Assembly: GCA_002633005.1 (NCBI GenBank)
Contig: NMRA01000189.1
Span: forward strand, 266,805 to 330,804
From: Phoronis australis
Lineage: Eukaryota > Animalia > Phoronida
Length of the DNA: 64,000 nucleotides
Direction of reading: 5' to 3'
Both the position numbers and the translations under genes were made by a program. The notes beneath the pieces are model-generated. The model saw only the letters and a list, made by a program, of their open reading frames with translations. It did not search any database and had not been told where the DNA came from. Below are positions 1 to 12,500 of this stretch, piece after piece. Positions within the stretch are counted from its first letter, which is position 1, and every line of letters starts with the position of its first letter.

Positions 1-652
1 TGTGCGTTTACATGCAAGAATATATCATTACTGTCTCGTATTGTTTCTGTAATTATTCATTTGCTCGTTATACAATGATAATTTCCATTTTTGAGCAGCA
101 ATGATATCAACAATACTTACTTAAACTCGAGAAATAAAATAATTATAAAAATTTAAATTTTACCTAGTAAAAGAATCCAATATTTTGGGCTACTGAGAGC
201 GTGCGTGCCAATTGTCCTACACTTGGCGAACGTTACCGCTTTTTGAACTTTTTCCGCCACCCTGTGACATTATCAAAGTGTCCCACTTTTTGACACACGG
301 CAAAATTGACATATCATATACCAATGTAATTTCCCACGCGACATAATCCTATTGTCCCTTTCGACTAAAAATAAAAAACGGGAGTTCATGGGTTTTTGCG
401 ACACCTACAAGTTCCCCTTCAACTAAAAAAAGCGAAAGAAAGTCGTCGGATGCTTTTGGGTGTTACGGCACCTGTAACATCCTGTTCAACAATAAACGCT
501 GTCGTGACATTTTCGTGTGTTGCGGTGAACACTTCACGCTTGACTTAAACCAGCATGTCTAGCTTTTTATTACTTGGCGGAATTCTTTCGCCAATCCGAT
601 TTTCACGAAATTTGCACACGACGTGTAGATCGGGAAGTACTAGAACGCTATA

Positions 653-1310
653 GGAGGCACAGAACAGTTCTCACTGGGTTTTGCCCAGCAAAACACACAT
701 CACTTGATTTGTCACCTTTTCTTCACTCTGTCAAAAACAGGATGCAAAGAATGGCATGTTTTCAATTATTTCACATAAAAGCCCTGCAGATGAGCACAGA
801 AACTTTATTCTCTCTTGTATTTTTGACCATTTCATTCCCACTGAAATCCAAGCTAGACTAAGAAAAATAAGGGCAAAAAAAGCAAAATCGGCACTTTTCA
901 CCCAAAAAACACCACTTCCCTGCCGATACACGACTAAAGCCAACATTAGAGTCTGAAAGCAAATTTCCTACCGATTCCGAAAATGTGATCCAAAAGTACT
1001 GTCAACCAACAAGGTTTTTGGCAATTCTTGCTTGTTTGAGGGCTACCTAAAATCACAGCCAATTTCTCAGTCGCTATCCAACAATGCACAATTGCAGCCG
1101 GGGGCGGCCATCTTGAAGTAGAGTGCAGCTACAGCCAAGAAAGTGGCCTTTTTTATTCACAGCATGTTCACAAATACAAACAAACCACATTCGCTGAGCC
1201 TACGTGCAATGCCCACCTACAAAATGCCCCCAAACTTGGCCTACCCCAAAATTTCAATATTTTGGCAGTGCAAATTGGCCGCGGCCGCAGCCTAACTATT
1301 CAGTGCCACC
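653..1310 (+). mobile_element. Non-autonomous TIR DNA transposon (possibly Kolobok-like) inserted in a HINE-like repeat
   Basis: Imperfect TIRs ggaggcacagaacagtt / aactattcagtgccacc. 660-1192 is a diverged reverse-complement copy of 56401-56932, whose end abuts TTAA. The TSD here is unclear. Confidence 0.6.
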
Positions 1311-3620
1311 ATAGTTTTTGGTCATGATCGGATTTAAAATGGCGGACCTGGCGGCCATTTTGTTTCCGATTTCACAGTCAAATGCTCGTAGAGGTCGCAT
1401 TTTTAGACGTACAGAGCTGAAACGTGGTACGATTATTATAGAACACATGTGCTACAACTGTGCCGAAAATCGTTGACTTCCGGTCAAAGATGGCGGAAAT
1501 ATTGGAAGTGCGCACCCCGATATGTGGCCAAAACATTTTCTCCTCTATAGGGCGCATTTGCGAACCAATCGGTTTCAAACTGGTCACGTGTTTGTTAATA
1601 TTAATAAGCTTTTATAAAATTTTGTTTAATCGGAAGTCACTTTTAAGATGGCGGCTGTGGCGCATGTTCACAAGTTTTCAATCGTTCTGCGGTCGCGTTT
1701 TTAACGGGAAGAGCAAATGACGTAAATTTTTGCATGTGGATTCCTTGAAGTATGCTCTTTCAAAAGTTCTGCAATAGCGTTTTTCTCAGACTTACCGTTT
1801 TCGAGTTATTTGACTTTGAATTTCAAAAAAACGCAAAATTTCAATTTTTTCGAAAAAGTTATGGAATATTGCAAAGCTATCACAGTAGGTAGAATTTTGG
1901 ACGGGCTTTCAGAAGATATTTTCCATTTTTCGCTACGACGTCAACTTTTTGAATTATTCGAGATTTTCCGATAGCGCTGTTCCTACCCCGTCACATAGCG
2001 CCACCAATTTTGGATTGTGGGAACAAAGCATGACTCATTGATCGTTTTTAATTGTTCGCTCTCTACAGGTCGCAATTTTTGTCCGATCCTCACGAAATTT
2101 GCACACTGAAAGCCTATTGTTTTTGATTCAAAATGGCGGACGGGGCGGCAGTTTAGTTTCCGATTTCACATTCAAATGCTCATAGAGGACGCATTTTTTG
2201 ACGTACAGAGCTGAAACTTGGTACAATTATTAACGGACACGTGCTACAACTGTGCTGAAAAACGTTGACTTCCGGTTAAAGATGGCGGAAATATTGACGA
2301 TGGCGCATGCGTACCTCGATATCAGGCCAAAAAAGTTTTCTCCTGTAGAGGGCGCATTGGCAAACCAATCACTTTCAAACTGGTCACGTGTTTCTTGCAA
2401 TTGATCAGCTTTTATAAAGTTTTGTTTAACCGGAAGTCACGTTCAAGATGGCGGCTCCGGCGCATTTTCACCCATTTTCAATCGTTCTGCTGTCGCCTGT
2501 TTAACGAGAAGACCAAATGACGTGAACTTTTGCATGTGGATTCCTTGAAGTATGCTCTTTCAAAAGTTCTACGATAACGGTTTTCTCAGACTTACCGTTT
2601 TCGAGATATTTGACTTTGAATTTCAAAAAACGCGAAATTTCAATTTTTTCGAAAAAATATGAAATGTTACGAAACTATCAATCTAGATAAAGTTTTGGAC
2701 GGGCTTTCAGAAGATATTTTCCATTTTTCGCTACGACGTCTAACTTTTTGAATTATTCGAGATTTTCTAATAGCGCTGTTCTTTTGTTGACAGCTCTTGC
2801 TGCATTGATGTTGGTTTAGCTGCTATTGAACAAGACCGTAGCCTATTTCTTATTAATTGATGACATCTAAGTTTGTCATATGAATGTTGTGATGTTGTTC
2901 ATCATCGTCACCACCATCATCATATTCGTCATCTTCGTCATCATCTCCGACGTCGTCTTTTCTTCAGTTAATTTTGCCAAGTGTCGCTCAAAACTGTAGC
3001 CTATTTGTTACTGATTTCTGACCTCTACGTTCGTCAAGTGTATAATATAATTACTTGTATTGTTCATCATTGCCACCATCGTCGTCATATTCGTCGTCTT
3101 CGTCATCATCTTTATCGTCATCTTTTCGGTTAATTTTTTTTGTTCGCACTCTACGGGTCGGAATTTTCGTCCGATCCGCACGAAATTTGCACACAATTAA
3201 CGTGGAGATCAAAAAGTCCTTGAAGCCTGTTTTCGGTCACGATCGGATTCAAAATGGCGGACGTGGCGGCCATTTTGTTTCCGGTTTTAGATTCAAATGC
3301 TACTAAAGGCCGCAATTTTTGACGTACAAGGCTGAAACTTGGTGCGATTATTATAGAACACATACGCGTAATTTTGCGACGTGTCGCTCCTCCGAGCGCT
3401 CTCGCACTATTGCCAGTTTACTGGGTGCGTGAACAAGACTGCAGGGTGTTTCTTACTGATTTGTTCTCTAGTCACATGAATGTTATCGTGTTGTTCATAA
3501 TCTCCGCCTTCATCGTTATGATCGTCGTCGTCGTCCTCCTCATCGTCCTGTTTCCGCGTAATTTCGCCAAGTGTCGCTCCTCCGAGCGCTCTCGTTTGTA
3601 TGTTTTGCTTTCAATCTAAT
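1311..3620. repeat. Complex degenerate tandem repeat, Helentron-associated (HINE)-like modules
   Basis: 1320-1985 and 2120-2780 are diverged direct copies of a ~790-bp unit. Recurrent motifs aaaatggcgg, tcaaatgct, gacgtacag-gctgaaac, ccgatc..cacgaaatttgcacac; (cat/cgt)n low-complexity tracts at 2880-3130 and 3490-3550. Confidence 0.65.
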
Positions 3621-6113
3621 GGCCTCAATTTTTCAAGTCTCGAATGTTGACAAAATGATCGTGTCTTTGTTATGAATACAGTTATTTTCCTGAGTTCATT
3701 TTCTTTAGGTAATCGCCAAAATATGTTCCAATGTCTCTGGTTTACGGTGAATTATATGTCTCAATGTCACCAGGAAGGCATTACCTACTAATTTGTAATT
3801 TCTGAAGAAATGATACGATTTCTAAATGTCTATGTAAAGTCCTAAACTGCAACCAATGTAATAAGCTATCCACAGTATATTTCAAAGCTACACAAAAAGA
3901 TGTTACTGCATGCTGATACTATTTACTAAAGAATGTAATTGCATCAAGCGGTACCACAGGTCCAATTAATACGGGTACAAAATGATGTGTAATTTTAGTT
4001 AGATGACTGACCAAATTCTTCACAGCAACTGTGAGGGATCCATATTCTATTTTTTGTAGCAAATCATTGAAACTATTGCCCTATTGGTTTAATTAATCAT
4101 TTATAATGACTTTCTCTCTGGTTCACTTCATTTTTATGTTATTATCCAATATCACATCCTTAATTAACTGACACTAAAAATTAAATAGTGAACTAATTAG
4201 TTGATTAATACATCAATTAGTACATGAAGGATTACCTTAGTACACTCTTTGTTGTTTACATTTTTGGTAATACCCTTGGTTCTTATGATCAAAAATTGTC
4301 TTTAACCTGTCAGATACGCAAAATAATTATTTAATAAGACTAACTCAAGTAAGAGAGGAGCTTAGGGACAGATTATTCGAAACTGAGAAGAGTAGAACAT
4401 CTGAAGGGAAAACGAAAGAGCAGAGAGCGGGCAAGAGAGTCATACCTGTTTTCCAAGGACTTGTTAGGGAAAGAAACGAGCGGCCGGTAATCATGCAGCA
4501 GAATGGAGCTAGAAGATCATCTGGTGAAGATTCACAGCGACGCGAACCAGCATGGCATTCTAGAAGAGTTCGATTGGATGGATGAGGAAGTTCCACCTGA
4601 AGTTCAGCTTGACGTGAACAGTGTCGTCATGAAGGCCAAAGTCGGATCAGCTCCAGGTCCGTCTAGGTTGAGTTATATCGTTTACAAGAAGTTCCCGGGT
4701 CTATTAAGACGGTTATGGAGGCTACTAAAAGGTATGTGGAAATGGAAGAAAGTTCCTAATCACTAGGACAAGGCTGAGGGTTGTTACATCCCAAAGATCT
4801 AAGATGCAAAGGCTATAAAAGACTACGGGACAATTTCCCTGCTTGATGTGGAGTGCAAAATTTTCTTCGCAATGATTGCATCAAGAATTGTAAAGTACTC
4901 CCCGAAGAATGGATATATCGACCCCACAGAGCAGAAAGGTGGTGTACCAGGGCAGACGGGTTGCCTGGAGCATAATGCTGTTCTAACTGAGGTTATGGGT
5001 GATGCAAAGGCAAACAAGTCGGACTTGGCAGTTGTGTGGTTAGATTTACAGAATGCTTATGTTTCCATGCCACATTCATTGATTAGGAAGGCGATGGCGA
5101 CTTATCATTTTCCAGAAGGAGTACAGAAGGTCATCAACGACTACTTCAACAGTATACAGATGCGATTTTCTACGATGGAGTTCACAATAGAATTCAAGCC
5201 TTTGGAGAAAGGCATCTTGACCAGGTGCACGATTTCAGTCAGCTTATTTGTTCTTACGACGAACCTCATTATTCGCCGAGACAGCAAAGAGTGCAGGGGA
5301 CCTCTCCTACATGGCAGACGCCTTCCCCGTGCCGTGAATTTGTTGATGACCTGACAGTAACTACATCACCAGCAACAGGAGCAGGTTGAGTGCTGGAGAA
5401 ACTAGAAATAATGAAATAATTGTATGGGACAGGATGAAGTTCAAGGTGCAGAACTCGAGAAGTCTGGTCTTGATGAAAGAGAGAATCAGCCAGAACAAAG
5501 TCTTCAGGATGAACGGCGAGAAGATTCCATCCTTGGGCGAGAAGTGATCTAGGCAACGTGTACGACAGCAGCCTAAGCGACATCACAAACGTGAGGGACA
5601 CAGTGACACTGCTCAGGGAGAATCTGAAGAAGATCAACGGGTGCACTTTGCCAGGGAAGTTCAAGCTGTGGTGTTATCAATTCGGTTTACTGCCGCCCAA
5701 AATCTCATGGCCGCTATCAGTTTACAGCATTACGATTTCAACAGTCGAGTCTATGGAGCGGGAGGCAAACCAGTTTATTAGGAAATGGTTGGGGGTACCA
5801 GCGAGCTTCACGTCAGTGGGATTATGTAGTAACACAGCAGTAGTATCCCTTCCACTAAGATCTCTGGTTGAAGACTTTAAGGTGTCAAAAGCCAGGGAAG
5901 TTCTCACAATCCGAGATTCCAGAGACAGATTTGTCAGCTTATCAGAGATTCAGGTTTCAGCAGACAGAAAGATGATTCCCCATTGAAGTGGTTGTGGACA
6001 GAGCAAAGAGCCGCCTCCGGCATAAGGACATAGTTGGTACAGTCTGCTGTGGTCAACAGGGCCTGGGTTTTTTACCACCCAATAGATAGAAGGCGCGCAC
6101 ACTAGACCTGGAG

Positions 6114-7027
6114 GGATTGTTCTAAAACCCTGTCGACCCCCACAGCCCTCGATCCATGACTCCCGACCTGTGACAACAGAGGTATTTTAGCGCTTTTTAC
6201 ATATTTCATAATCTTATTAAGTAGCTGAGTAACTTTCCCATAAGACATACCTACACTCAATTCTGTTCTGGCTCAACTCTGGTGATTAAAAACAGAAAGT
6301 CAGGGGAGAACGTCATCTGAAGTAGCGGATTGTGAGCGCGCTATCGTTGTCACGGAAATAGTTCCACGATCGGCTACCAATGCCAGTTCTACTAACTACT
6401 TAGGCAGACTGCGTTAACGTGAAATGTACATAAATTTACATCTTTATTATTTGGTTTCTGCTGTATGCTCGTTTACAATATATTCCACACGTTGAAATTC
6501 TTTTTAGTTACAGGGGCGGATCCATGATTTTGAGTTGGGGGGGGGNCAGAGTATTAGTCAGGATTTTGCCTGTCAGACATTCGCATCCCCGTAGTGCCAA
6601 ATGGAATCTGGGAGAATTTGGCCCCCCTCTAAATCCGCCACTAAGTTAACAGTTTGTTTTTTCAAACTGTATTTACTGACGAAATTAGTTTTGTCGGTTC
6701 CTCACACTCTCCGCAAAAACGTTGAACCTCACCATTCACTGAAGAGCAGACGAGACAATTACACACTAGTGCCAGGAACGACATTTGTGGTAGGTCTTTG
6801 ATTTGCCGCGCTTTGTTTTTATCTGTTTTTGGCTTTCAAACTTGCCGAATCGACTCTTAATTGCAAAAAACAGGCAAAAGCCAGACGAGCTCACGGCCCA
6901 ACTCAATGGTCCTGCTAATCTGCGCTTGTTCTATGTTCAGATCAAATCCAGCTTGTGTGGGCTGGGTCGAGGGGGTTGTAGGTCGTGGTGGTCGTGGGAA
7001 GTCGGGGGGGGGGGGTTAGAACAATCC
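6114..7027 (+). mobile_element. Mutator-like (MULE) non-autonomous element, copy 1
   Basis: TIR ggattgttctaa / ttagaacaatcc; 9-bp TSD gacctggag / gacgtggaa (7 of 9 match); colinear with 47088-48232. Confidence 0.75.
6511..6643 (+). mobile_element. MITE family A (CAGGGGCGGAT termini, 5-bp TSD; hAT5-like)
   Basis: TSD agtta/agtta; same family as 12522-12678 and 37125-37283; absent from the other MULE copy. Confidence 0.8.
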
Positions 7028-7111
7028 GACGTGGAAAGACGAACCAAGCGAAAGGAAGTGAAGAATTTTATCGATTCCACTGCAGCTGGCTGCAAGAGGG
7101 GTATAATTAAC

Positions 7112-7387
7112 CAGTGGCGGATCTAGGTCAGGATAGCGGGGCCCAACATTTTGTCTCGGGCGACCGCTCAAAGCACGAACACATGTGCACAGCCATCTTA
7201 AAATATGTGGGCCTTTGACTCCTGTGGATGTGGACCTATTACTAAATTACAATCGGACTAAAAAAAACGTTTGCGCCGGTGGTCTGAATCGGACGCTCGC
7301 AATGGCGTTAATTATTCGATATTTTCTCATGCTCTGTCTGTTTTATTTTTTTGCGGCAGCCAAGGGGGCCACCTAAATTCGCCTATG
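7112..7387 (+). mobile_element. MITE family B (CAGTGGCGGATCTAGG...CCTAAATTCGCCTATG, 5-bp TSD)
   Basis: TSD ttaac/gtaac; its ends are the reverse complement of the ends of 28251-29218. Confidence 0.7.
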
Positions 7388-8057
7388 GTAACAAAGGAGG
7401 AATCTTATCTATGGCAAATGATTGGTGCATGGCCGGAGGCAGATCTGGGTAAACAAAGCAGACAACTTCAACATCTTTAAGACCCGACATTACTTTGTGG
7501 TCAGATACAGCGAAGATGGTAGTCATGGTGGAATTAACGGTGCCACGGGAAACTCCTGGATACAGGAAGCTCAGAAGAGGAAAGCTTGAAGTACAGCGAC
7601 CTGAGCCATGAGTGTTCGAGAAATGGATGGGAGTGCTTCTGCTTACCACGTGAGGTAGGAGCCAGAGGGTTTGTAGCATCAAGCATCTGGAGAATGTCTA
7701 GGATGTTGGGAATTTCAACTAATTCAAGCAACACTATGATGAAGTCGGCAGCAGCCGCAGTGGGATCAGCATCATCATGGTTGTGGTTTCAGAAGACTTA
7801 ACAGTGGCAAAATCACCGTGAAACCGGAGCCTGATCAACTTCGGGGGCCTAGCGTTGGAGCATGTTCAAGTTCAAGGCCGAAACATGCTGTGAAGACGCC
7901 ATCTTGCTGATGATTGACGGGGGAACAAAGAAACGTCATCTATTTAAAATAAGTTTTAAGTTTTATTCATTTTCTTCTGATCTAATCATACACCATTAAG
8001 AGCCCACAAAAGGCTTTCTAATGGCAAACTTCAAAACAGAGAGACGCTAATAAAAGT

Positions 8058-8690
8058 TCACCACGTACTGATAACAACTAACAAGTCATCAAAAGCACAA
8101 TAAACAAAAATATCATCCACATATCGGATAGGAATACCACCAATCACATTGCTAGCCCCTTTTTCCACTACAGACATAAAAATTCCGAGAACGTGGGACC
8201 TAGAGAAGAGCCCATGCTCACACACCATCTTCTTGTAGAAACAATTGGCCATTTACATGACGAAATTGTACTTTGGTAGTGCAGACGGTCAGCAACTGTC
8301 TCAGATGAGTTGGTGAAATGTCGGGTGGCTTTAAATGTGGGTGATGGTATACACTGTCCAAAATGATAGTAATGGTCTCATCCACCGGTACATTGGTGAA
8401 CAAAGACTCAGCATCAAGGGTCAAAGGTTGGAAAAAAGAGGGTGGCACTTGAGTGCGCAAACTATCAATGAAATCTTCACGAGATTCTATGGAGTAACGA
8501 CTCTAAATGCATGGTTTATGATGATATCAAGATGTTTAGCTGTCTTGTACCTTGGCGTCAGGAATATTACCGGCGTAGAGGAACATCTTTTTTGTGTATT
8601 TGGGGTTGCCATAGAGATAACTTTCAGAAAAGTACCCTTTGATTTCAGAGAAAATGCGACGGCCAGCCTCAAACATTTATAGCCTTAACA
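8058..8690 (-). mobile_element. Penelope-like element (PLE) reverse transcriptase fragment, pseudogenised
   Basis: LDAESLFTNVPVDETI, LFLQEDGV and IRYVDDIFV motifs typical of PLE RT, spread across frameshifted ORFs. Confidence 0.85.
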
Positions 8691-8908
8691 GACGAAGAAA
8701 TTGGATTTAAAAACATCTAACGATACCAAAGGATTGTTTCAAAAATGAGGGCTAAAGTCACTCCAGGTCTGACTAAAGCTGAAAGTACGCATCCCATGAC
8801 CAATGAGAATTTTGTTACATGCCTGGTTTACTAATTCCATAGATCTCTAGCCCTGGTATGCCAACTCCGATCTCGCTGCTGATGAAGTTGCACCGCGAAT
8901 GCATGAGA

Positions 8909-8914
8909 TTTATT
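8909..8914 (-). terminator. Candidate polyadenylation signal of the RPUSD3-like gene
   Basis: AATAAA on the minus strand about 360 nt downstream of the stop codon. Confidence 0.35.
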
Positions 8915-9274
8915 CGCATTAATTTGTTTCAGTGTATGTACTTCCTATGGAATATATTGTTATGTACTGTAGTGAGGCGACACCTAGTGATGAGATTTAG
9001 TTGATATAGAGCCAGGCTAAGAAGTAAAACAGGTTCTAGCTGGATATTTTAGTTGTATGATTTAAACTTGTATCAATCACTTCCCTTCTAGGTCCTACAC
9101 TTAGCTACAACTTCCTGTTCAGACATGAATTTGAGTTGACTTTCAGTGTGCTCACTTCCTACAGCAGTAACTGCCCAGAGAGTAATTGTGCAGCAGAGGT
9201 CTCCTAGTGTAAACAGCCTGGTGTGTCTTTCATACCAGGACTCGGGGCTTATTACTCTGGTCTGAGAAAAGATT

Positions 9275-9505
9275 TTACATTTTCCGTAATTCATCCTGGG
9301 CTCTGAAGCTCTCACAAACATGTAGTCCCAGCAACTGTGCCGTGTGTAAGAAATAGTCGGGCAGCGGCGCAGAAATGTGAACAGTCCTATGTTTGACGTG
9401 TGGACTCTTGGGCACTGAAACACTGGTGCAGTGTAGATGTAATGGTATCCACTCCTGGTACTCTTTGGGAACCTGAAGCAGGCTACGGATGTCTTCAGGT
9501 AGAAC
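9275..9505 (-). CDS. RPUSD3: RPUSD3-like last coding exon
   Basis: tgtag| VLPEDIRSLLQVPKEYQEWIPLHLHCTSVSVPK...ISAPLPDYFLHTAQLLGL...RKM*; phase 0. Confidence 0.88.
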   Translation of the reverse strand, partial: VLPEDIRSLLQVPKEYQEWIPLHLHCTSVSVPKSPHVKHRTVHISAPLPDYFLHTAQLLGLHVCESFRAQDELRKM

Positions 9506-12500
9506 CTACAATAACACACATTAGCAATACACGTGTACGCGAAATCTGTCCAAATTTAGGATACAACACAGCTGTCAAGTGAAACGTTAGTTTTCCCTTT
9601 TTCCACAAAAGACAAGTATAGGGTGCAAATAAATGTTTAAACATTAGTATACTAAAGCAAGCATTAGGGCTGCCACAGACAGAGAAGTGCCTGTGTGTTT
9701 ACATTGATGAATGAAAATTCTCTCATTTCTATCTCAATTGGATTAGCAAAGCAATGTTATTTGCTTTAACCTGACGAAGCAAAGCAACTAAGCTACTGGC
9801 ATAAGTTGATTGACTTTGCCGGCCAAGACATCTGATTGGTTTTCAATGACGACTTCCGGTTTAGACATGTCATGGCCTGCTGAACTGGCAAAGTGAATCA
9901 AATGCACTCACTTAGTAATGAGTAGGGTTTTATTGTTTGAATGATTTCAATTTCAATTAATTCATCATTGCTTCCTAGTTTACACATACAAAAAATTTCA
10001 TGTACATTAGTAAGTTTACACAACTTTGTGAACAACTTAATCCGTTTGATCATCTAAATAACACAAATTTTACATATTTTTTTTAAATTTCCAATACTTA
10101 ATAACTTCAAATTTTGACCACACGAAAACCTCACATTTTACAGAAAACTTAATATTACCTTTCATCAGTTGAAGAACTAAAGTTTTACAGAATATTTTCC
10201 TGAAAAACTTAGTTATTTTTAGAAAGCTTATTTTTTGTCCATAACGTAAGTTGTCGCTGAAAATCTCACTTGTTCCATCTTATTTTGGCCTGGACCAGTC
10301 GCTCATTGTAACTCTGTATACTGATTACTATGAATTGACTTTACATTTGCTTCGCAGTCAGTGATCATTTGCTTCACTGTGTGCGGGTAACTCTCTTCTA
10401 GCTATTAGCTGAGGTATAGTAAACTTACGGCAAATAGCTCAGGTCATAGCTACTTGTCTGAGGCGACCTTACTGCCTCAAGTGACCTATATAGGTAAGTT
10501 GACAACATAACGTGACAGCAAAAACCAACAAAAGAACTACTGGCTAGATCATTGAATTGTAGTATTTTCACACCTTGACATATTCATGAGTTGTTTTGGG
10601 TCATGTTTTAGGGAGAAGGGAATCCTTTGTTTTGATTTTTTAACACGAGTGTCCATTCCTAATTACACATGATAAACAAGGACCAAATGTAATGCACTAT
10701 TGGTATCAAAGGGATGATTCAAGGACCAAATGTAATGCACTATTGGTATCAAAGGGATGATTCAAGGACCAAATGTAATGCACTATTGGTATCAAAGGGA
10801 TGATTCAAGGACCAAATGTAATGCACTATTGGTATCAAAGGGATGATTCAAGGACCAAATGTAATGCACTATTGGTATCAAAGGGATGATTCAAGGACCA
10901 AATGTAATGCACTATTGGTATCAAAGGGATGATTCAAGGACCAAATGTAATGCACTATTGGTATCAAAGGGATGATTCAAGGACCAAATGTAATGCACTA
11001 TTGGTATCAAAGGGATGATTCAAGGACCAAATGTAATGCACTATTGGTATCAAAGGGATGATTCAAGGACCAAATGTAATGCACTATTGGTATCAAAGGG
11101 ATGATTCAAGGACCAAATGTAATGCACTATTGGTATCAAAGGGATGATTCAAGGACCAAATGTAATGCACTATTGGTATCAAAGGGATGATTCAAGGACC
11201 AAATGTAATGCACTATTGGTATCAAAGGGATGATTCAAGGACCAAATGTAATGCACTATTGGTATCAAAGGGATGATTCAAGGACCAAATGTAATGCACT
11301 ATTGGTATCAAAGGGATGATTCAAGGACCAAATGTAATGCACTATTGGTATCAAAGGGATGATTCAAGGACCAAATGTAATGCACTATTGGTATCAAAGG
11401 GATGATTCAAGGACCAAATGTAATGCACTATTGGTATCAAAGGGATGATTCAAGGACCAAATGTAATGCACTATTGGTATCAAAGGGATGATTCAAGGAC
11501 CAAATGTAATGCACTATTGGTATCAAAGGGATGATTCAAGGACCAAATGTAATGCACTATTGGTATCAAAGGGATGATTCAAGGACCAAATGTAATGCAC
11601 TATTGGTATCAAAGGGATGATTCAAGGACCAAATGTAATGCACTATTGGTATCAAAGGGATGATTCAAGGACCAAATGTAATGCACTATTGGTATCAAAG
11701 GGATGATTCAAGGACCAAATGTAATGCACTATTGGTATCAAAGGGATGATTCAAGCCAGCATTCCACATAGTGTTGTTATGGCATTTATTCCTGATGCCC
11801 ATCTTGAAGAGTCTTTGTTTCTATTTTAGTTTTTATGTCCGTTACTAAATGACACTTTTCGACCACTCATTTCCTGTTTTACTCGGTAACAGTTAGTAGC
11901 ATAACACAGGCAAAATAGATTCAAATAAATGAGTGTTACACCCACAAAACAAACTTCCTTACTACAAGGAATGGATTCATGCTTAATGGCAAGTCAATTT
12001 GTCACGTGTCAAAAATTTCAAAATGTCACAGTGAAGTCTTCAGTGCCATCTTCAGTAAGAAGCAAAACCTAATTGAACATGTCTGTGATAAAACGATCGT
12101 TGATCAATTTGAGGCCAGAATTGTGAAACTTGGTAGATTACACTCAAACAAAGTATTAGGATCATGGTATCTACTACTGAAAAAACACAAATTACACGAC
12201 TTCCGTCCATTTTCCATTGTTGCAAAAATCAGGGCAATTAAGGCACAACCCTTCACATCAGCTCTTAATTTGTATACCTGTGGTCTTGGTGGTGCATGCA
12301 TAGGGTCAACAAGGACAGTTCTTCCTAAAATGCTCTTCACCCTAGCAGAGTACATGTGATCACCTAGAATGTTACACAGGTGTTGCGTGAGGAACACTTG
12401 CAGGAAATCCCACTTAGCTGAAAATTGAACATGACGTAGTATTACACTACAGGTAGGTTTCCACTGCCTGAACAGTGCACATTACATAAACAAATTATAT

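Larger units (their letters stand above)
4346..7915 (+). mobile_element. Decayed Hero-clade non-LTR retrotransposon (RT + restriction-like endonuclease), interrupted at 6114-7027 and 7112-7387
   Basis: RT motifs QKGGVPGQTGCLEH and LAVVWLDLQNAY, frameshifted FVDD (5339-5350), LPGKFKLWCYQFGLL. C-terminal RLE motifs LRPDITLWS...VELTVP...KY.DL...EVGARGF...ASSWLW (7476-7800). Multiple stops and frameshifts; no zinc-knuckle region seen. Confidence 0.88.

Noticed and set aside
7875-7945. Hammerhead ribozyme (ctgatga ... gaaacgtc)
   Set aside because: Core-like words are present but stem I does not pair, and the alternative topology puts G at the cleavage site.
9088-9519. 143-aa ORF as a protein
   Set aside because: Wrong frame; the real exon (9505-9275) is in another frame matching RPUSD3.
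10677-11755. CRISPR array
   Set aside because: Units are contiguous and identical with no unique spacers; eukaryotic intron; no cas genes.
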